DNA of 63,580 nt, counting the filler, from an uncultured Gemmatimonadota bacterium (lineage in GTDB: Bacteria; GCA-2686955), in the NCBI GenBank assembly GCA_964490075.1. It is 13 parts of 13 records of this genome, joined end to end, with 100 filler letters (N's around TTAATTAATTAA, not from the genome) between each part and the next. Parts side by side here need not be neighbours in the genome. Positions count along the whole stretch, not along the records: positions 28,352 to 33,469 come from CAZBBK010000121.1; positions 33,570 to 38,586 come from CAZBBK010000122.1; positions 38,687 to 43,285 come from CAZBBK010000123.1; 10 more parts are not named here. One strand, written 5' to 3'. Shown one piece after another: positions 30,015 through 42,600 of the stretch (the stretch's first letter is position 1; the number at the start of each line of letters is the position of its first letter). The position numbers and the translations under genes were made by a program. The notes under the pieces were generated by a model. The model was not told the origin of the DNA and made no database searches. It was given only the letters and a program-made list of their open reading frames with translations.

Positions 30015-30356
30015 CTACTCCCCCCAGGACCAGGGCTCGGTCTCGCGCTCGTCCCGGCTGGACGAGGCTCGCTGACGGCGGGCGCCGCGACGTTCGAGCA
30101 ATTCCATGGGGCGCACGCCTGGTGGCGGCACCAGGCCCTCGAGCTGCTCGATCAGCCCCAGCGCGCGCAACACACGCAGGAGGCTGGCCAGCTGCACCGA
30201 GCTGCCCGCCTCGAGCCGCTGCGCCGTCGGGGTGGAGAGACCGGCCTCGTGGGCCAGATCGGCCTGGGTGACGTTCCGGTCGAGGCGTTGGCGCCGCAGC
30301 CGCCGGCCGAGCTCCGCGAGGATGGCGTGGTCGGAGAGAGTACCTTCGATTCTCAT
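30015..30356 (-). CDS. hipB: HipB-like XRE HTH antitoxin
   Basis: RRQRLDRNVTQADLAHEAGLS...RLEAG; C-terminal W-x-W-GE; directly upstream of hipA. Confidence 0.85.
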   Translation of the reverse strand: MRIEGTLSDHAILAELGRRLRRQRLDRNVTQADLAHEAGLSTPTAQRLEAGSSVQLASLLRVLRALGLIEQLEGLVPPPGVRPMELLERRGARRQRASSSRDERETEPWSWGE

Positions 30357-30360
30357 TACG

Positions 30361-30526
30361 CATCCTGAGTGATGTATTGAATGCCAAAATCGACGGTATA
30401 TGCTGAGTTTTGATGTGTTCAATACTATGATCGCCAGTCAGGATGCCGATGTCAACGAGTTCATGCAGTGTGCATCATTTATGATATATCAGTTGAGTAA
30501 GTAGACCGTGCACATCATTCTTGATA
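30361..30526. promoter_or_regulatory. AT-rich hipBA promoter with three CATC(A/C)-N4-TGAT(A/G) operator-like palindromes
   Basis: CATCCTGAGTGATG at 30361, CATCATTTATGATA at 30473, CATCATTCTTGATA at 30513. Confidence 0.55.
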
Positions 30527-30927
30527 TCTTGTAAATCACATCGGCCCAAGCGCTCCGCGGCCTCCAGCACCGGCCCGATGCCGGCCGGGCGCTGCCGGTG
30601 CGGTCCCGGGGGTAGACTCGCCGCGCAAACACCCCCCCCCCCAATCCCATCCCCCGTCCCACGCCCTGGGAGACCCTTGAGCCTCGACGACCAGGCGGGC
30701 CGGACGAGCCCACCGGACGCACACCTCCGACGCCCGGAGTCGTGTTCGCGTGCGAGTGGTCGATCGTCTGGAGGCGCCCGCCGCCCTCGCGCTCGAAGGC
30801 GCTGCGGCGCCGGAACCGGACCTCGAAGGGCGCCTGAGAGCGCTGGGTTACATTCAATGATCGCACTCGCTCGACACGGTTGGAACGATCAGCCGCTCCC
30901 CGCCGCACCCCCCCCGAAACCCGGACT

Positions 30928-33294
30928 ATGACGCGTCCCTCCGATCCCTTGCTGCTGGCCAACCTGGAGATCCTGATTCGGCGCAGGTGGCTCTTCGTGC
31001 TGCCGCTGCTCCTGGCGGTGGCCGCGGCGGTCGGCACGATCTTCTTGATTCCGCCGGTCTACGAGTCCGAGGTCCAGCTCCTCGTCGAGGAGAAGAAGGT
31101 CTCGAACCCGCTGCTGCGCAACCTGGCCGTTTCGACCACACTGACCACGCGCCTGGCCACGATGAAGGCCAAGCTGCTGAGCCGTGACCAGCTCCTGGCG
31201 GTCATCGACGAGCTCGATCTGGCGGCCGCGCAGCGCTCGCCGGACGACATGGAGGAGCTGCTGCGCGAGCTCCAGGAGTCGATCACGGTTCAGATCGGCC
31301 GCTCCGGGCTGATCGAGCTGACGGTGCAGAGCTCGCTGCCGCTCCTCGCCCAGCGCACCGCCGCGGTGCTGGCCGAGCGCCTGATGGCGGAGAACGAGGC
31401 GCAACAGCGCCACGAGGTGGACGACGCGACCGCGTTCATCGAGTCCCAGCTCGCGGTCTACCAGCGCAGGCTCTCGGAGAGCGAAGCGCGGATCCGCGAC
31501 TTCAACGCCCTGCACCAGATCGACCTGGCCGCCCCCGCGGCCGAGAACCTGGATCAGCTGCGACGTCTGCCGATGGTGCCGGCCAACTTCGCGACCACCG
31601 CCCCCAACGTCCACGTGGCGCGCCTGATCGAGTTCCAGGAGGAGCAGGTGCGGCTCGAGATCCGCCTCGCCGAGATCCCCAGCGAGATCGACCAGCTCGA
31701 CCGCCGGCTCAAGACCCTGCCGACCCAGCTGGTGGACCGAGCGTTGGAGGAGACCAGTCCCACCTACCACGAGCTGCGGCTCAAGCTGGCCGAGGACGAG
31801 GTGGCGCTGGCCCGGCTGCTGAACGACGCCACCGACGAGCACGCGATGGTGCGCTCGATGCGCAGGTCGATCGAGCGCACCAAGAAGGAGCTGGCCAGCC
31901 GGCGCGAGGTGCTGGAGGCATCGGGCTACGCCACCGGCACGCCGGAGTACCGCGCGATCGTGGAGCGCAAGAGCGAGCTGGAACAGGAGCTCGCCGCGGG
32001 CGGTCGGCGCATGGAGTCGATCCGCGCCCGCTCCAAGGAGGTGGCCGCGCAGGTGGCGAAGCTGCCCGAGCTGGAGCTGGAGAAGAGCCGGCTCTTGCGC
32101 GAGTTCGAGGTCAACTCAGGCGTCTACGAAATGCTGCTCGAGCGCCTCGAGACCGCCCGCATCACGCGTGACCTGGAGCAGCTCGCGGAGGGCACGCGCT
32201 TCGACATCCTGCGACCGGCCAGCCTGCCGCGTCAGCCGATCTGGCCCCAGCCGATTCCTACCCTGCTGCTCGGATTCGTCATGGGCTGCATGCTCGGCGG
32301 CGGCCTGGTCGCGGTCGCCGAGTTCCTCGACGAGTCGATTCATACCGTCGACGATGCCAGCGAGCATCTCGACCTGCCGGTGGTCGGCGCCACCGACGCG
32401 TTCAAGCCGACGCGAATCGAGACCGAAGATGCGGCGCCGGCGCAGGTGGTCGACGCCGCGGCGCGGCTGGGTCGCGACGGCAAGCTGGATCGGGCCTCTC
32501 CCGCCGAGGGCGGCGAGGACGCCGAGCTGCGCCTGCAGGCCATCGAAGCCGACATCGAGCGCATGGGGCCGGAGATCATCGCGTTGCGCGCGCCGCGCTC
32601 GCCGGTGGCGGAGCAGTTCCGGATCCTGGCCACCAACCTGGCCACCCTGCGCGGCGATCGCTCGGGGGGCGTGGTGATGGTCACCAGCTCGCGCCAGGGC
32701 GAGGGCAAGACGGTGAGCTCCTGCAACCTGGCTTTGACCATCGCCAAGGAGCTGCCCGGCCGCGCGGTGCTGATCGACGGCGACCTGCGCCGCCCGCAGG
32801 TCCACAGCTACCTGGGCATGGCGCGCCATCCAGGCCTGACCGATCTGCTCACTGGCCGCGCGACGGTCGAGCAGATCGTCCGGCCGACGGTGCTGCCGAG
32901 CCTCTCGGTGATCCCCTGCGGGGCTCCGACCGATCAGTCCGGGGCGTTGTTGCGTTCGCCACTGATGGCCAAGCTGCTGGCCCGGCTGCGCCGCGAGTCC
33001 CGCTGGGTGTTGGTGGACGCTCCGCCAACGATCTCGATCTCCGACTCTCTGGTGATCGGCAGATTGGTCGATGCCGCGCTGCTGGTGGTCGAGGCCAACA
33101 GCACGCAGAAGCGCAAGATCCTGCACGCCAAGTCGACGCTGGTGCAGGGGCGCGTCCCCCTGGCGGGGGTGATCGTGACCAAGCAGGTCCACAAGCTGCC
33201 CCGCTACTTCGACCACTACTACGAGTACTACGAGCCGGAATCCGTTAGCGGAGAACGAGATAGGAAGTCTCGCAGGCACCGCCGACCGGTCTGA
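30928..33294 (+). CDS. Wzc-like polysaccharide chain-length determinant / tyrosine autokinase
   Basis: Two TM helices flanking a coiled coil; EQFRIL, GEGKT, DGDLRRP, VDAPP; Tyr cluster YFDHYYEYY. Confidence 0.93.
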   Translation: MTRPSDPLLLANLEILIRRRWLFVLPLLLAVAAAVGTIFLIPPVYESEVQLLVEEKKVSNPLLRNLAVSTTLTTRLATMKAKLLSRDQLLAVIDELDLAAAQRSPDDMEELLRELQESITVQIGRSGLIELTVQSSLPLLAQRTAAVLAERLMAENEAQQRHEVDDATAFIESQLAVYQRRLSESEARIRDFNALHQIDLAAPAAENLDQLRRLPMVPANFATTAPNVHVARLIEFQEEQVRLEIRLAEIPSEIDQLDRRLKTLPTQLVDRALEETSPTYHELRLKLAEDEVALARLLNDATDEHAMVRSMRRSIERTKKELASRREVLEASGYATGTPEYRAIVERKSELEQELAAGGRRMESIRARSKEVAAQVAKLPELELEKSRLLREFEVNSGVYEMLLERLETARITRDLEQLAEGTRFDILRPASLPRQPIWPQPIPTLLLGFVMGCMLGGGLVAVAEFLDESIHTVDDASEHLDLPVVGATDAFKPTRIETEDAAPAQVVDAAARLGRDGKLDRASPAEGGEDAELRLQAIEADIERMGPEIIALRAPRSPVAEQFRILATNLATLRGDRSGGVVMVTSSRQGEGKTVSSCNLALTIAKELPGRAVLIDGDLRRPQVHSYLGMARHPGLTDLLTGRATVEQIVRPTVLPSLSVIPCGAPTDQSGALLRSPLMAKLLARLRRESRWVLVDAPPTISISDSLVIGRLVDAALLVVEANSTQKRKILHAKSTLVQGRVPLAGVIVTKQVHKLPRYFDHYYEYYEPESVSGERDRKSRRHRRPV

Positions 33295-33569
33295 GCGAGG
33301 CCCGCGAGCCTGTTCTCTTTGTGCGTGATACCACGTACGGCACAAGAAAACCGCACAACTCCCCCCTCCGTAGTGTGCTTTTCCGTGGACTTGGCCCTTG
33401 ATTCGACTTTATATCTAGTTCCCGTCCACGAGACGGGAAGTCTTTGGCGGGCAAACGAATACGCGCATTNNNNNNNNNNNNNNNNNNNNNNNNNNNNNNN
33501 NNNNNNNNNNNNNTTAATTAATTAANNNNNNNNNNNNNNNNNNNNNNNNNNNNNNNNNNNNNNNNNNNN

Positions 33570-34342
33570 CGCAGGTAGATCGAGGCGTCGCCGCGCGCCA
33601 CGGCGGCGTACTTGCACTGGCTGTCGATGCGGAAGGGGGGCACTTCGATGCCGAGGCGCTCGGCCACCCGGGCAGAGTCGGACTGCGAAGAATGCGCCTT
33701 CTCGACCGACTCGCAGAAGGCGGCACGGGCCGGATCGTCGATCTCGGTGACGCCGATGGCGATCTCGGTGGGGTCGTCCAGAGTGCGCATCACCGCCCCC
33801 TGGCCCCGCAGCGCGACGAAGAGACAGCCCCGGTCCCCCGCGGGGCGCGCGGCGTCGTGGGGCATATTCGGGCAGCCGAGCACCCCCAGCACCACTTCGC
33901 CCTGCTCGATCAGGGCGAGCGCCACCGCGTACTGGTCGCCGCGCAGGAACCCTTTGGTGCCATCGATCGGATCGAGGGTCCACATGCGGCCGCTGGCTCC
34001 GCCCTGGTAGGTGCCGTGGTCGATCGCCGCCAACACTTGGTCCGCCCCGAGCCCGGGCAGGATCGAGCGCACCTGCTCCACCACCGATGCACAGAGCGCG
34101 GCATTCTCCGCCTGGCGCAGCTCGCCCGCATCCTCTTCGCCGACCATCGGATCGTTCGGGAAGCGGGCCATCAGATCGTGGCTGACCACCGCCTGGGCCC
34201 CGAAATCGGCGACCGTGACCGGCGACTTGTCCTTCTTGGCAAGAGTGTCTTCGGTCACCAGGTTGGCCTGGATCGTACGGCAAAGGCGCGCGGCCTTCAG
34301 CACGGCTTCGACGGCGATGCTTCGTTCTCTTTCGTAGGGCAT
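33570..34342 (-). CDS. 3'(2'),5'-bisphosphate nucleotidase, HAL2-type (3' truncated)
   Basis: KDKSPVTVADFGAQA, GEED, WTLDPIDGTKGFLRGDQYA, RIDSQCKY. Confidence 0.92.
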
Positions 34343-34384
34343 GGCGCCTCTCGCGTAGCGTGGGTGGGGCTTCGGGGTCCGGGC

Positions 34385-35503
34385 TCAAGAACGGGTGCGC
34401 GCCAGGGCGCGCAGGTCGTCGATCTCGGAGCGATCGCCGAGGGCCAGCAGGGTACCCTCCGGCTCCAGGATCTCGTCGGGAGAGGGATTGTAGCGATAGC
34501 GCTCGCTCTCCGGCCCACGGATCCCGATCACCAGGCAGTTGCAGCGGCGTCTGAGGTTGGCCTCTTGCAGCTTCGTCCCGCCGATCTCGGAGCCGGTCTC
34601 GATCGTCACCTCGGCCATCTCCACCGACTCGACCGAGGGAGCGTGCAGGGTGTCGACGAACGACACCACCGCCGGCCGCACGATCTCGTGGGCCAGACGC
34701 CGTCCGCCCATCAGTGCCGGAGAGACCACGGCGTTGACCCCCACCTTGCGGAACTTCTCGGTCGACTTGATGTCGGCGAGGCGCGCCACGATCCTGAGAT
34801 CGGGGTTGATCTGGCGCGCCGACAGGCAGAGGAAGAGATTGTCGCGATCTTCGCGCAGCGCCGCCACCAGGCCGCGGGCGGCGGCGATCGACGCCCCGTG
34901 AAGCGTCGTGTCGTCGAGCGCGTCCCCGAGGATCGCCGGCACCGCCTCGCCGAACTCCGCCACCAGCGCATCGACCTTGGCGGAATCCGACTCCACCACC
35001 ACCAGGGGGGTGCCGTTCTCGTGCAGCTCGCGCACCACGTGGATTCCCGAGCGGCCGACGCCAGCGACGATCACGTGGTCGTGCATCTGGGCGATGGTCT
35101 TTTCCATGCGCCGTCTCCAAAGGCTGTAGAGCAGATCCCCCTCGACCAGGAACACGGTCACGGAGGTGAAGAAGTAGAGCACCGAGCCCCCGCCCACCAG
35201 CACCAGGGCGATGGTGAAGAGGGTGAGCTCGGTCGAGCCGGTGACCGGCAGCACCTCTTCGAAGCCGACGGTCGAGATGGTGATCACCGTCATGTAGAGG
35301 CAGTCCAGCAGCGACACATCGGGACCGGAGAGCAAGGCGTAGCCGAGGGTGCCGAAGGCCAGCACGGCGGCCACCAGCCCGGCGGCGCGCAGCACCCGCG
35401 TGCGGCGCTCGCCGAGCCCGCGCTCGAACTCCCCGCTCATCGGCTCGAGGGCGAGCCGGGAGGGCTTCGCGATGGGCATCCGCCGGCCCTCGGGCCGGCT
35501 CAT
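34385..35503 (-). CDS. Potassium channel protein with TrkA-N/TrkA-C (RCK) domains
   Basis: TISTVGFEE filter-like motif; HVIVAGVGRSG; GDA. Confidence 0.9.
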   Translation of the reverse strand: MSRPEGRRMPIAKPSRLALEPMSGEFERGLGERRTRVLRAAGLVAAVLAFGTLGYALLSGPDVSLLDCLYMTVITISTVGFEEVLPVTGSTELTLFTIALVLVGGGSVLYFFTSVTVFLVEGDLLYSLWRRRMEKTIAQMHDHVIVAGVGRSGIHVVRELHENGTPLVVVESDSAKVDALVAEFGEAVPAILGDALDDTTLHGASIAAARGLVAALREDRDNLFLCLSARQINPDLRIVARLADIKSTEKFRKVGVNAVVSPALMGGRRLAHEIVRPAVVSFVDTLHAPSVESVEMAEVTIETGSEIGGTKLQEANLRRRCNCLVIGIRGPESERYRYNPSPDEILEPEGTLLALGDRSEIDDLRALARTRS

Positions 35504-35663
35504 GCGGCGGTCCGGGGAGCGGGGCGGGCGAGGGGCGGATGCATGGGCGGAGCTTAGGGGGATGACCCGCGCGGATCAATCGCCGCCGCGGGGTCCGCTG
35601 CGGTAGACTTCCGCCCCTTGGGCCCTCCGGTCGGAGGGCGCCTGCCACGAGGAGACCCCAACG

Positions 35664-37466
<1,803 letters not shown>

Positions 37467-37473
37467 CTCCCTC

Positions 37474-38073
37474 TCACCCGCGCTTGCGCATCAGGCAGAC
37501 CCAGGCGCGCGGCGCCTCGGGGAGGCGGGTGTCGAGGTAGTAGGTCTCGAGGCGCAAGATCTCGAAGCGCTCCTCCACCGCGCTTGCGATCTCGAGCGCC
37601 GAGCGTCGCGGGGGACCCGGATCGGGACCGCGGCCGTCGGTGCTGCCGAGCAGGCTGAGCCAGCGCCCGCCGCTCACCAGCTGGTCGCGCACCACCGCGG
37701 CGAAATGCTCGCGCCGGCTCGGGTCGTCGTAGAGATGGAAGCAGCCGCGGTCGAAGACCAGCGCGAAGGGGTCGGCGGCGAGCCCACCGTTCATGACGTC
37801 GGCGACCTGGAAGTCGACCCGGAGCTCGGCCTGCGCGGCGCGCGCCCGGGCCTCGTCGATGGCGGTCGGCGAGACGTCGACCGCGCTCACCTCGAATCCT
37901 CTGCCGGCCAACCAGAGGGCGTTGGTGCCGACCCCGCAGCCGATCTCGAGCATCCGGCAGGGCTGAATCGGACCCCGCTCCACCAGGTGGCTCAGGGCAT
38001 GGTCGTGACGCCCGGTTTCCCAGGGCAGATCGTCGGCTCGGTAGCGCGCTTCGAAGTCGGGCGGTGTGGGCAT
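37474..38073 (-). CDS. Class I SAM-dependent methyltransferase (TPMT-like)
   Basis: LPWETG, LEIGCGVG, VDVSPTAI, FDRGCFH. Confidence 0.88.
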   Translation of the reverse strand: MPTPPDFEARYRADDLPWETGRHDHALSHLVERGPIQPCRMLEIGCGVGTNALWLAGRGFEVSAVDVSPTAIDEARARAAQAELRVDFQVADVMNGGLAADPFALVFDRGCFHLYDDPSRREHFAAVVRDQLVSGGRWLSLLGSTDGRGPDPGPPRRSALEIASAVEERFEILRLETYYLDTRLPEAPRAWVCLMRKRG

Positions 38074-38173
38074 GCTAGGCTTTCGGGCTTGTTCGCCGCG
38101 GCAGCGCCCGGAGCACGGCGTCCGGGATGCGCGGCCCGATCAGTGAACGACACACGCCGGCGAAAGGAAAGCC

Positions 38174-38586
38174 ATGCAGCTCGTGGAGTGCGTGCCCAAC
38201 TTCAGCGAAGGACGGGATCGGCGGGTGATCGATGCCGTGGTCGCGGCGGCGGCCGCGGTCGAGGGGGTGCGAGTGCTCGACGTCGATCCGGGCGCCGACA
38301 CCAACCGCACCGTGCTGACCTTCGTGGGCGCGCCCGAGGCCGCCATCGAGGGCGCCTTCGCGGTGATTCGAACGGCGGCGGAGCTGATCGACATGCGCCG
38401 CCAGCACGGAGCCCACGCGCGCCACGGAGCGACCGATGTCTGCCCCTTCGTGCCGGTCTCCGGCGTCACGATGGACGATTGCGCGGAGCTGGCGCGGACG
38501 CTCGGCGCCCGGGTCGGAGACCAGCTCGGCATCCCGGTCTACCTCTACGAGCACGCCGCCAGCCGCCCCGAGTGGCGCAACCTGGC
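38174..38586 (+). CDS. ftcD: Glutamate formimidoyltransferase (partial)
   Basis: LVECVPNFSEGR, NRTV, GATDVCPFVP, IPVYLYE. Confidence 0.93.
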
Positions 38587-38751
38587 NNNNNNNNNNNNNN
38601 NNNNNNNNNNNNNNNNNNNNNNNNNNNNNNTTAATTAATTAANNNNNNNNNNNNNNNNNNNNNNNNNNNNNNNNNNNNNNNNNNNNGGTGGGCGGTCGAC
38701 GACGTGGCCGTGACCGCCGTGCCGACCGGCCCCTGAGCGGACCGGCCGGGG

Positions 38752-39633
38752 GTGCGGGCGCCGGCGCCCGCGCCGGCACCCCCGCGACCCGCACCCCGCG
38801 ACCCGGTCCTGCTCGGCGGCCGTGAGATCGAATTCGAGGTGCTGGAGCACGGGCGGCGCGCCTACGACTACTACTGCCGCGCCTGCCACGGCAGCGAGGG
38901 CGACGGCCAGGGTCCGGCCGCCTTCGCCCTCTTTCCGCCGCCCAGCGACCTGACCCGCGCCATCTTCAAGTTCAGCTCGGTGCCCGCCGGCGAGCTGCCG
39001 ACCGACTCCGACCTGCGCCGGGTGGTGCGCCGCGGCCTGCAGGGCACCGCCATGATGCCCTGGAAGATCCCCGAGCCCGACCTGAACGCCGTCGTCCACT
39101 ACATCAAGACCTTCGCGGAGGACTGGCGCGACTTCGAGGCGGGCGAGCCGATCCCGCCGGCGCCCGATCCCTGGCAGGAACGGATGGACCAGGCGCGGCA
39201 CCTCGGCGAGCAGCTCTACCACGGCCTCGCGCAATGCCAGGCCTGCCACCCGGCCTACGCCACCCGGCGCGAAATCTACCAGGCCAACCTGGAGCTGCGC
39301 GGCGTGCGCCTGACCGAGCTCCGGCCCGACCTCTACGCCGAGAAAGAGAGCGACACCGCCTTCGGCTACCCCCTTCCGGCCCCCGACCTGATCGACGCCC
39401 CGATCCGCGCCGGCAGCAAGCCCCTCGATCTCTATCGCCTGATCGCCGCCGGCGTCGGCGGCACCTCCATGCCGACCTGGCACGGCGCCCTCGAAGACGA
39501 CCAGATCTGGGCCCTGGCCCACTACAGCGCCTACCTGATCGGCCTGCGCCGCGACCGCGCTGGCCGCCGCGCCCTGCTCGAGCGCCTGGACCAACAGACC
39601 CCCTTCGATCCGGCGGCGGCGATCGACGGTTAG
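38752..39633 (+). CDS. Diheme c-type cytochrome
   Basis: CRACHG and CQACH, each followed by GTAM/GTSMP distal Met motifs. Confidence 0.85.
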   Translation: MRAPAPAPAPPRPAPRDPVLLGGREIEFEVLEHGRRAYDYYCRACHGSEGDGQGPAAFALFPPPSDLTRAIFKFSSVPAGELPTDSDLRRVVRRGLQGTAMMPWKIPEPDLNAVVHYIKTFAEDWRDFEAGEPIPPAPDPWQERMDQARHLGEQLYHGLAQCQACHPAYATRREIYQANLELRGVRLTELRPDLYAEKESDTAFGYPLPAPDLIDAPIRAGSKPLDLYRLIAAGVGGTSMPTWHGALEDDQIWALAHYSAYLIGLRRDRAGRRALLERLDQQTPFDPAAAIDG

Positions 39634-39692
39634 ACTAGTCCGCGGGGGCACTCCGCGCCGGTCCAGCGGCCGCGCGCTCGTTGGAGCCAACC

Positions 39693-42600
39693 ATGCGGCA
39701 CGTCCAGACCACTTCGCTTCTCCTCGTCGCCCTGCTCGCCGCCACCGCGCCCGCCGCCGCCTACCGGCAGGGATTCAACTGCGGCGGCAAGAAGACCCGC
39801 ACCATGGACGACGGCGCCGTCTACACCAAGGACCGCGCCTACAGCCTCGGCAACGGCTCCGGCTACGTCGGCGGCGAGGCGGTGCGCCCCGACCTCCTGG
39901 CCAGCTTGAATCCGCTCGGCGGCATCGTGCCCGGCGTCCAGGAGCGCAACATCCTCTCGTCGCGGCGGGTCGGCTGGCAGGAATATCGCTTCGACCTGCC
40001 GAACGGCTCCTACCTGCTCTCGCTGCACTTCATGGAGTGGTCGGTGCACTGGAGCGACATTCGCGTCTGCGACATCGAAGTCGAAGGCGAGCTGCTCTTC
40101 GACGACCTCGACATCTTCGAGCGCGCCGACCGTCTCTACGCCCTCAACCTGCGGCGCATCGTCGAGGTCGACGACGGCCAGCTCAACATCGTTGCTCACG
40201 CGCTGATCGACGAGCCGCTGCTCTCCGCCCTGCACGTCGAGACCCTGGTGCCCGACGACGATCCGCCGCCGCGTCCCAATAACGTGGCACTGGTCCCCGG
40301 CTACTCGGAAAATGTGTTGACGTGGACCACAAACCATCAGCGAGATCAGCTCGGAGTGGTGGTGCTGCGCAGCACCGATGGCGGCCCCGAGGAGCCGATC
40401 ACTCCCGATCCGCTGGTTGCGACACGCTTCGTCGACACCAACGTCGAGGCCGGCCGCCACTACTCCTATCGCCTGGTCGCCGTCGACGCATTCGGCAACA
40501 CCAGCTTTCCGTCGCTGAGCGCCGCCGGCGTTCCGCTGGCGAGTGCCGAGTCCGACCTGGTGGTCTATGGTTTCGAAATGTCGCAGCAGGACCTGGTCTG
40601 GCTCAACAACAACCGCCAGAGCGACACCTATCTGCCGGCGCTCTTCTGGACCCTCGACGATCTGTGGCCCGACGCCCGGCTGCGCTACCGGGGCAACACC
40701 TCCCGATCGAACGTCAAGAAGAACCACAAGATCCGCGTCGACCGGGCCTTCCCCTCCGGGCACGACGTGCTCAACCTGCAGGCCCACTGGTTCGATCCCT
40801 CGATGATGCGCGAGGCCCTGGCTTACCAGTCGCTGGCGCTCTCGGGAGTCACCTCGGGCATCCCCGACTACGTCCACTTCGAGCGCAACGGCGAGTACAT
40901 CGGCGTCTACCAGAGCGCCGAGCAGGTCGACGAGCATTTTCTGGAGCGGCGCGGGCTCGAGGGCAGCGTCTGGAAGGGGATCGACGCCACCTTCGTGCGC
41001 CGCGCCAACCCCTCGCGCTACTACCAGGACTACGAGCTGCAGGTCGGTGACTACAACGATTTCGACCACCTCGCGGATTTCATCGACCTGGTGGCGCTGA
41101 GCTCGGACGAGGAATTTCGCACCGAGATCAACAAGCACCTCGACGTAGACCGCTTCCTCGACTACTACGCCGGCAACGCGGTGTTCTCGGGCTGGGATTT
41201 CACCGGCTGGAATCTCTATCTCTATCGCGACCGCGCATCCGGTCTCTTCGAGTTCATCCCCTGGGATCTCGACGCAGCCTGGGAGTCGGAGAACATCGGG
41301 CAACCGATCGACATCGCCACCCAGGACCACCCGATTCTGCTGCTCTTCTGGAACCGCCTCTACGATCGCATGACGACGATCCCGCAGTTTCGGCGCATGG
41401 TGGGCGTGCGCGTTCAGCAGCTGATCGAGGGGCCGGTCGACGGGCCGACCCTGATCGCCATGATGCGCGCCGACCATGCCCTGATCCGTCCCGACGTGGA
41501 GCGCGACAAGTACAAGCTCGGCTGGGAAGAGATCGATCCCTTCGACGACGAGCTGGCCGTGCTGGAGCGCTTCGTCGAGCGCCGCGTCGAGAACCTCTAC
41601 GAGCAGCTCCAGAGCTTCGCGCCCGATCCGACCGTGAACCTCTTCGTCAACGAGGCGCTGCGCTGGAACCAGGCCCTGGTCGCCGACGAATGGGGCGAGT
41701 TCGATCCCTGGGTCGAGATCCACAACTTCGCCAACGAGACCATCGATCTGGGCGGGCTGTGGCTCTCCGACGACGCGGCGAACACCCAGAAGTGGGCTTT
41801 CGAGGCCGGTACCGCGATCGCCGCCGGCGGGCATCTCTTGGTGTGGCTCGACGGCGAGCCGGGCCAGGGAGCGCTGCACGCCGACTTCCGCTTGGCCGGC
41901 GACGCCGAGCATCTGCTGCTCTCGAGGTCCGGCGGCACGCCGATCGACGGTATGGTCTTCGATCCGGTGTCGTTCCCCGACCTGCCCACGGCGCGGGTCG
42001 AGGACGCGGCGGCGGCGCTCCAGCCGCCCGCTTTCGCCACGCCCGGAGCGAGCAACGATCCGACACCAGTGGTGGAAGCAACGATCGAAGCCGATCCCGA
42101 GTACTTCCTGGGCGAGGGGATCGAGATCGAGGTGCGCCTGGTCAATCACCGTCCCTTCCCCCGCGACCTGACCCTCGCCCTGCGCGCCGAGACCGAGCTG
42201 GGAGAGCGCGACCTGGCGCTGGAGACGGTGTTCGTGGACGGGGGTGACAGTGTCGCCGTGGCGGTCGCCGGCAGCGCGCCGGCCCAGATCGAGCCGCTCG
42301 AGGTGCGCCTGGTGGCGACCCTGAGGGACGAGCTGCAGCGCGTCATCCAGGTCACCGAGCGAACGCTGAACCTGCGCGATCCCGAGCCGCCCCTGCTGGT
42401 GGTGAACGAGATCATGGCCTCCAACGACACCACCATCGCCGACCAGGGCGACGACTACGACGACTGGGTCGAGCTCTACAACGCCGGCGGCCGCAAGGCT
42501 CACCTGGCGGGGCTCTTCCTCTCCGACGACGCCGCCGAGCCCCGCAGGTGGCCGCTCCCGGACCGCGACCTGGGTCCGGGAGATCATCTGCTGTTCTGGT

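Noticed and set aside
23079-30356. One large defence island joining the DUF499 operon and hipBA
   Set aside because: An artificial linker at 28252-28351 separates them; they are different contigs
33390-33469. Promoter-like segment and hairpin that might lead into a stable-RNA operon
   Set aside because: Too short; no rRNA or tRNA sequence is present
33570-34342. Eukaryote-like HAL2 nucleotidase as evidence of gene transfer
   Set aside because: This subfamily is already known in many bacteria, and composition matches the neighbours
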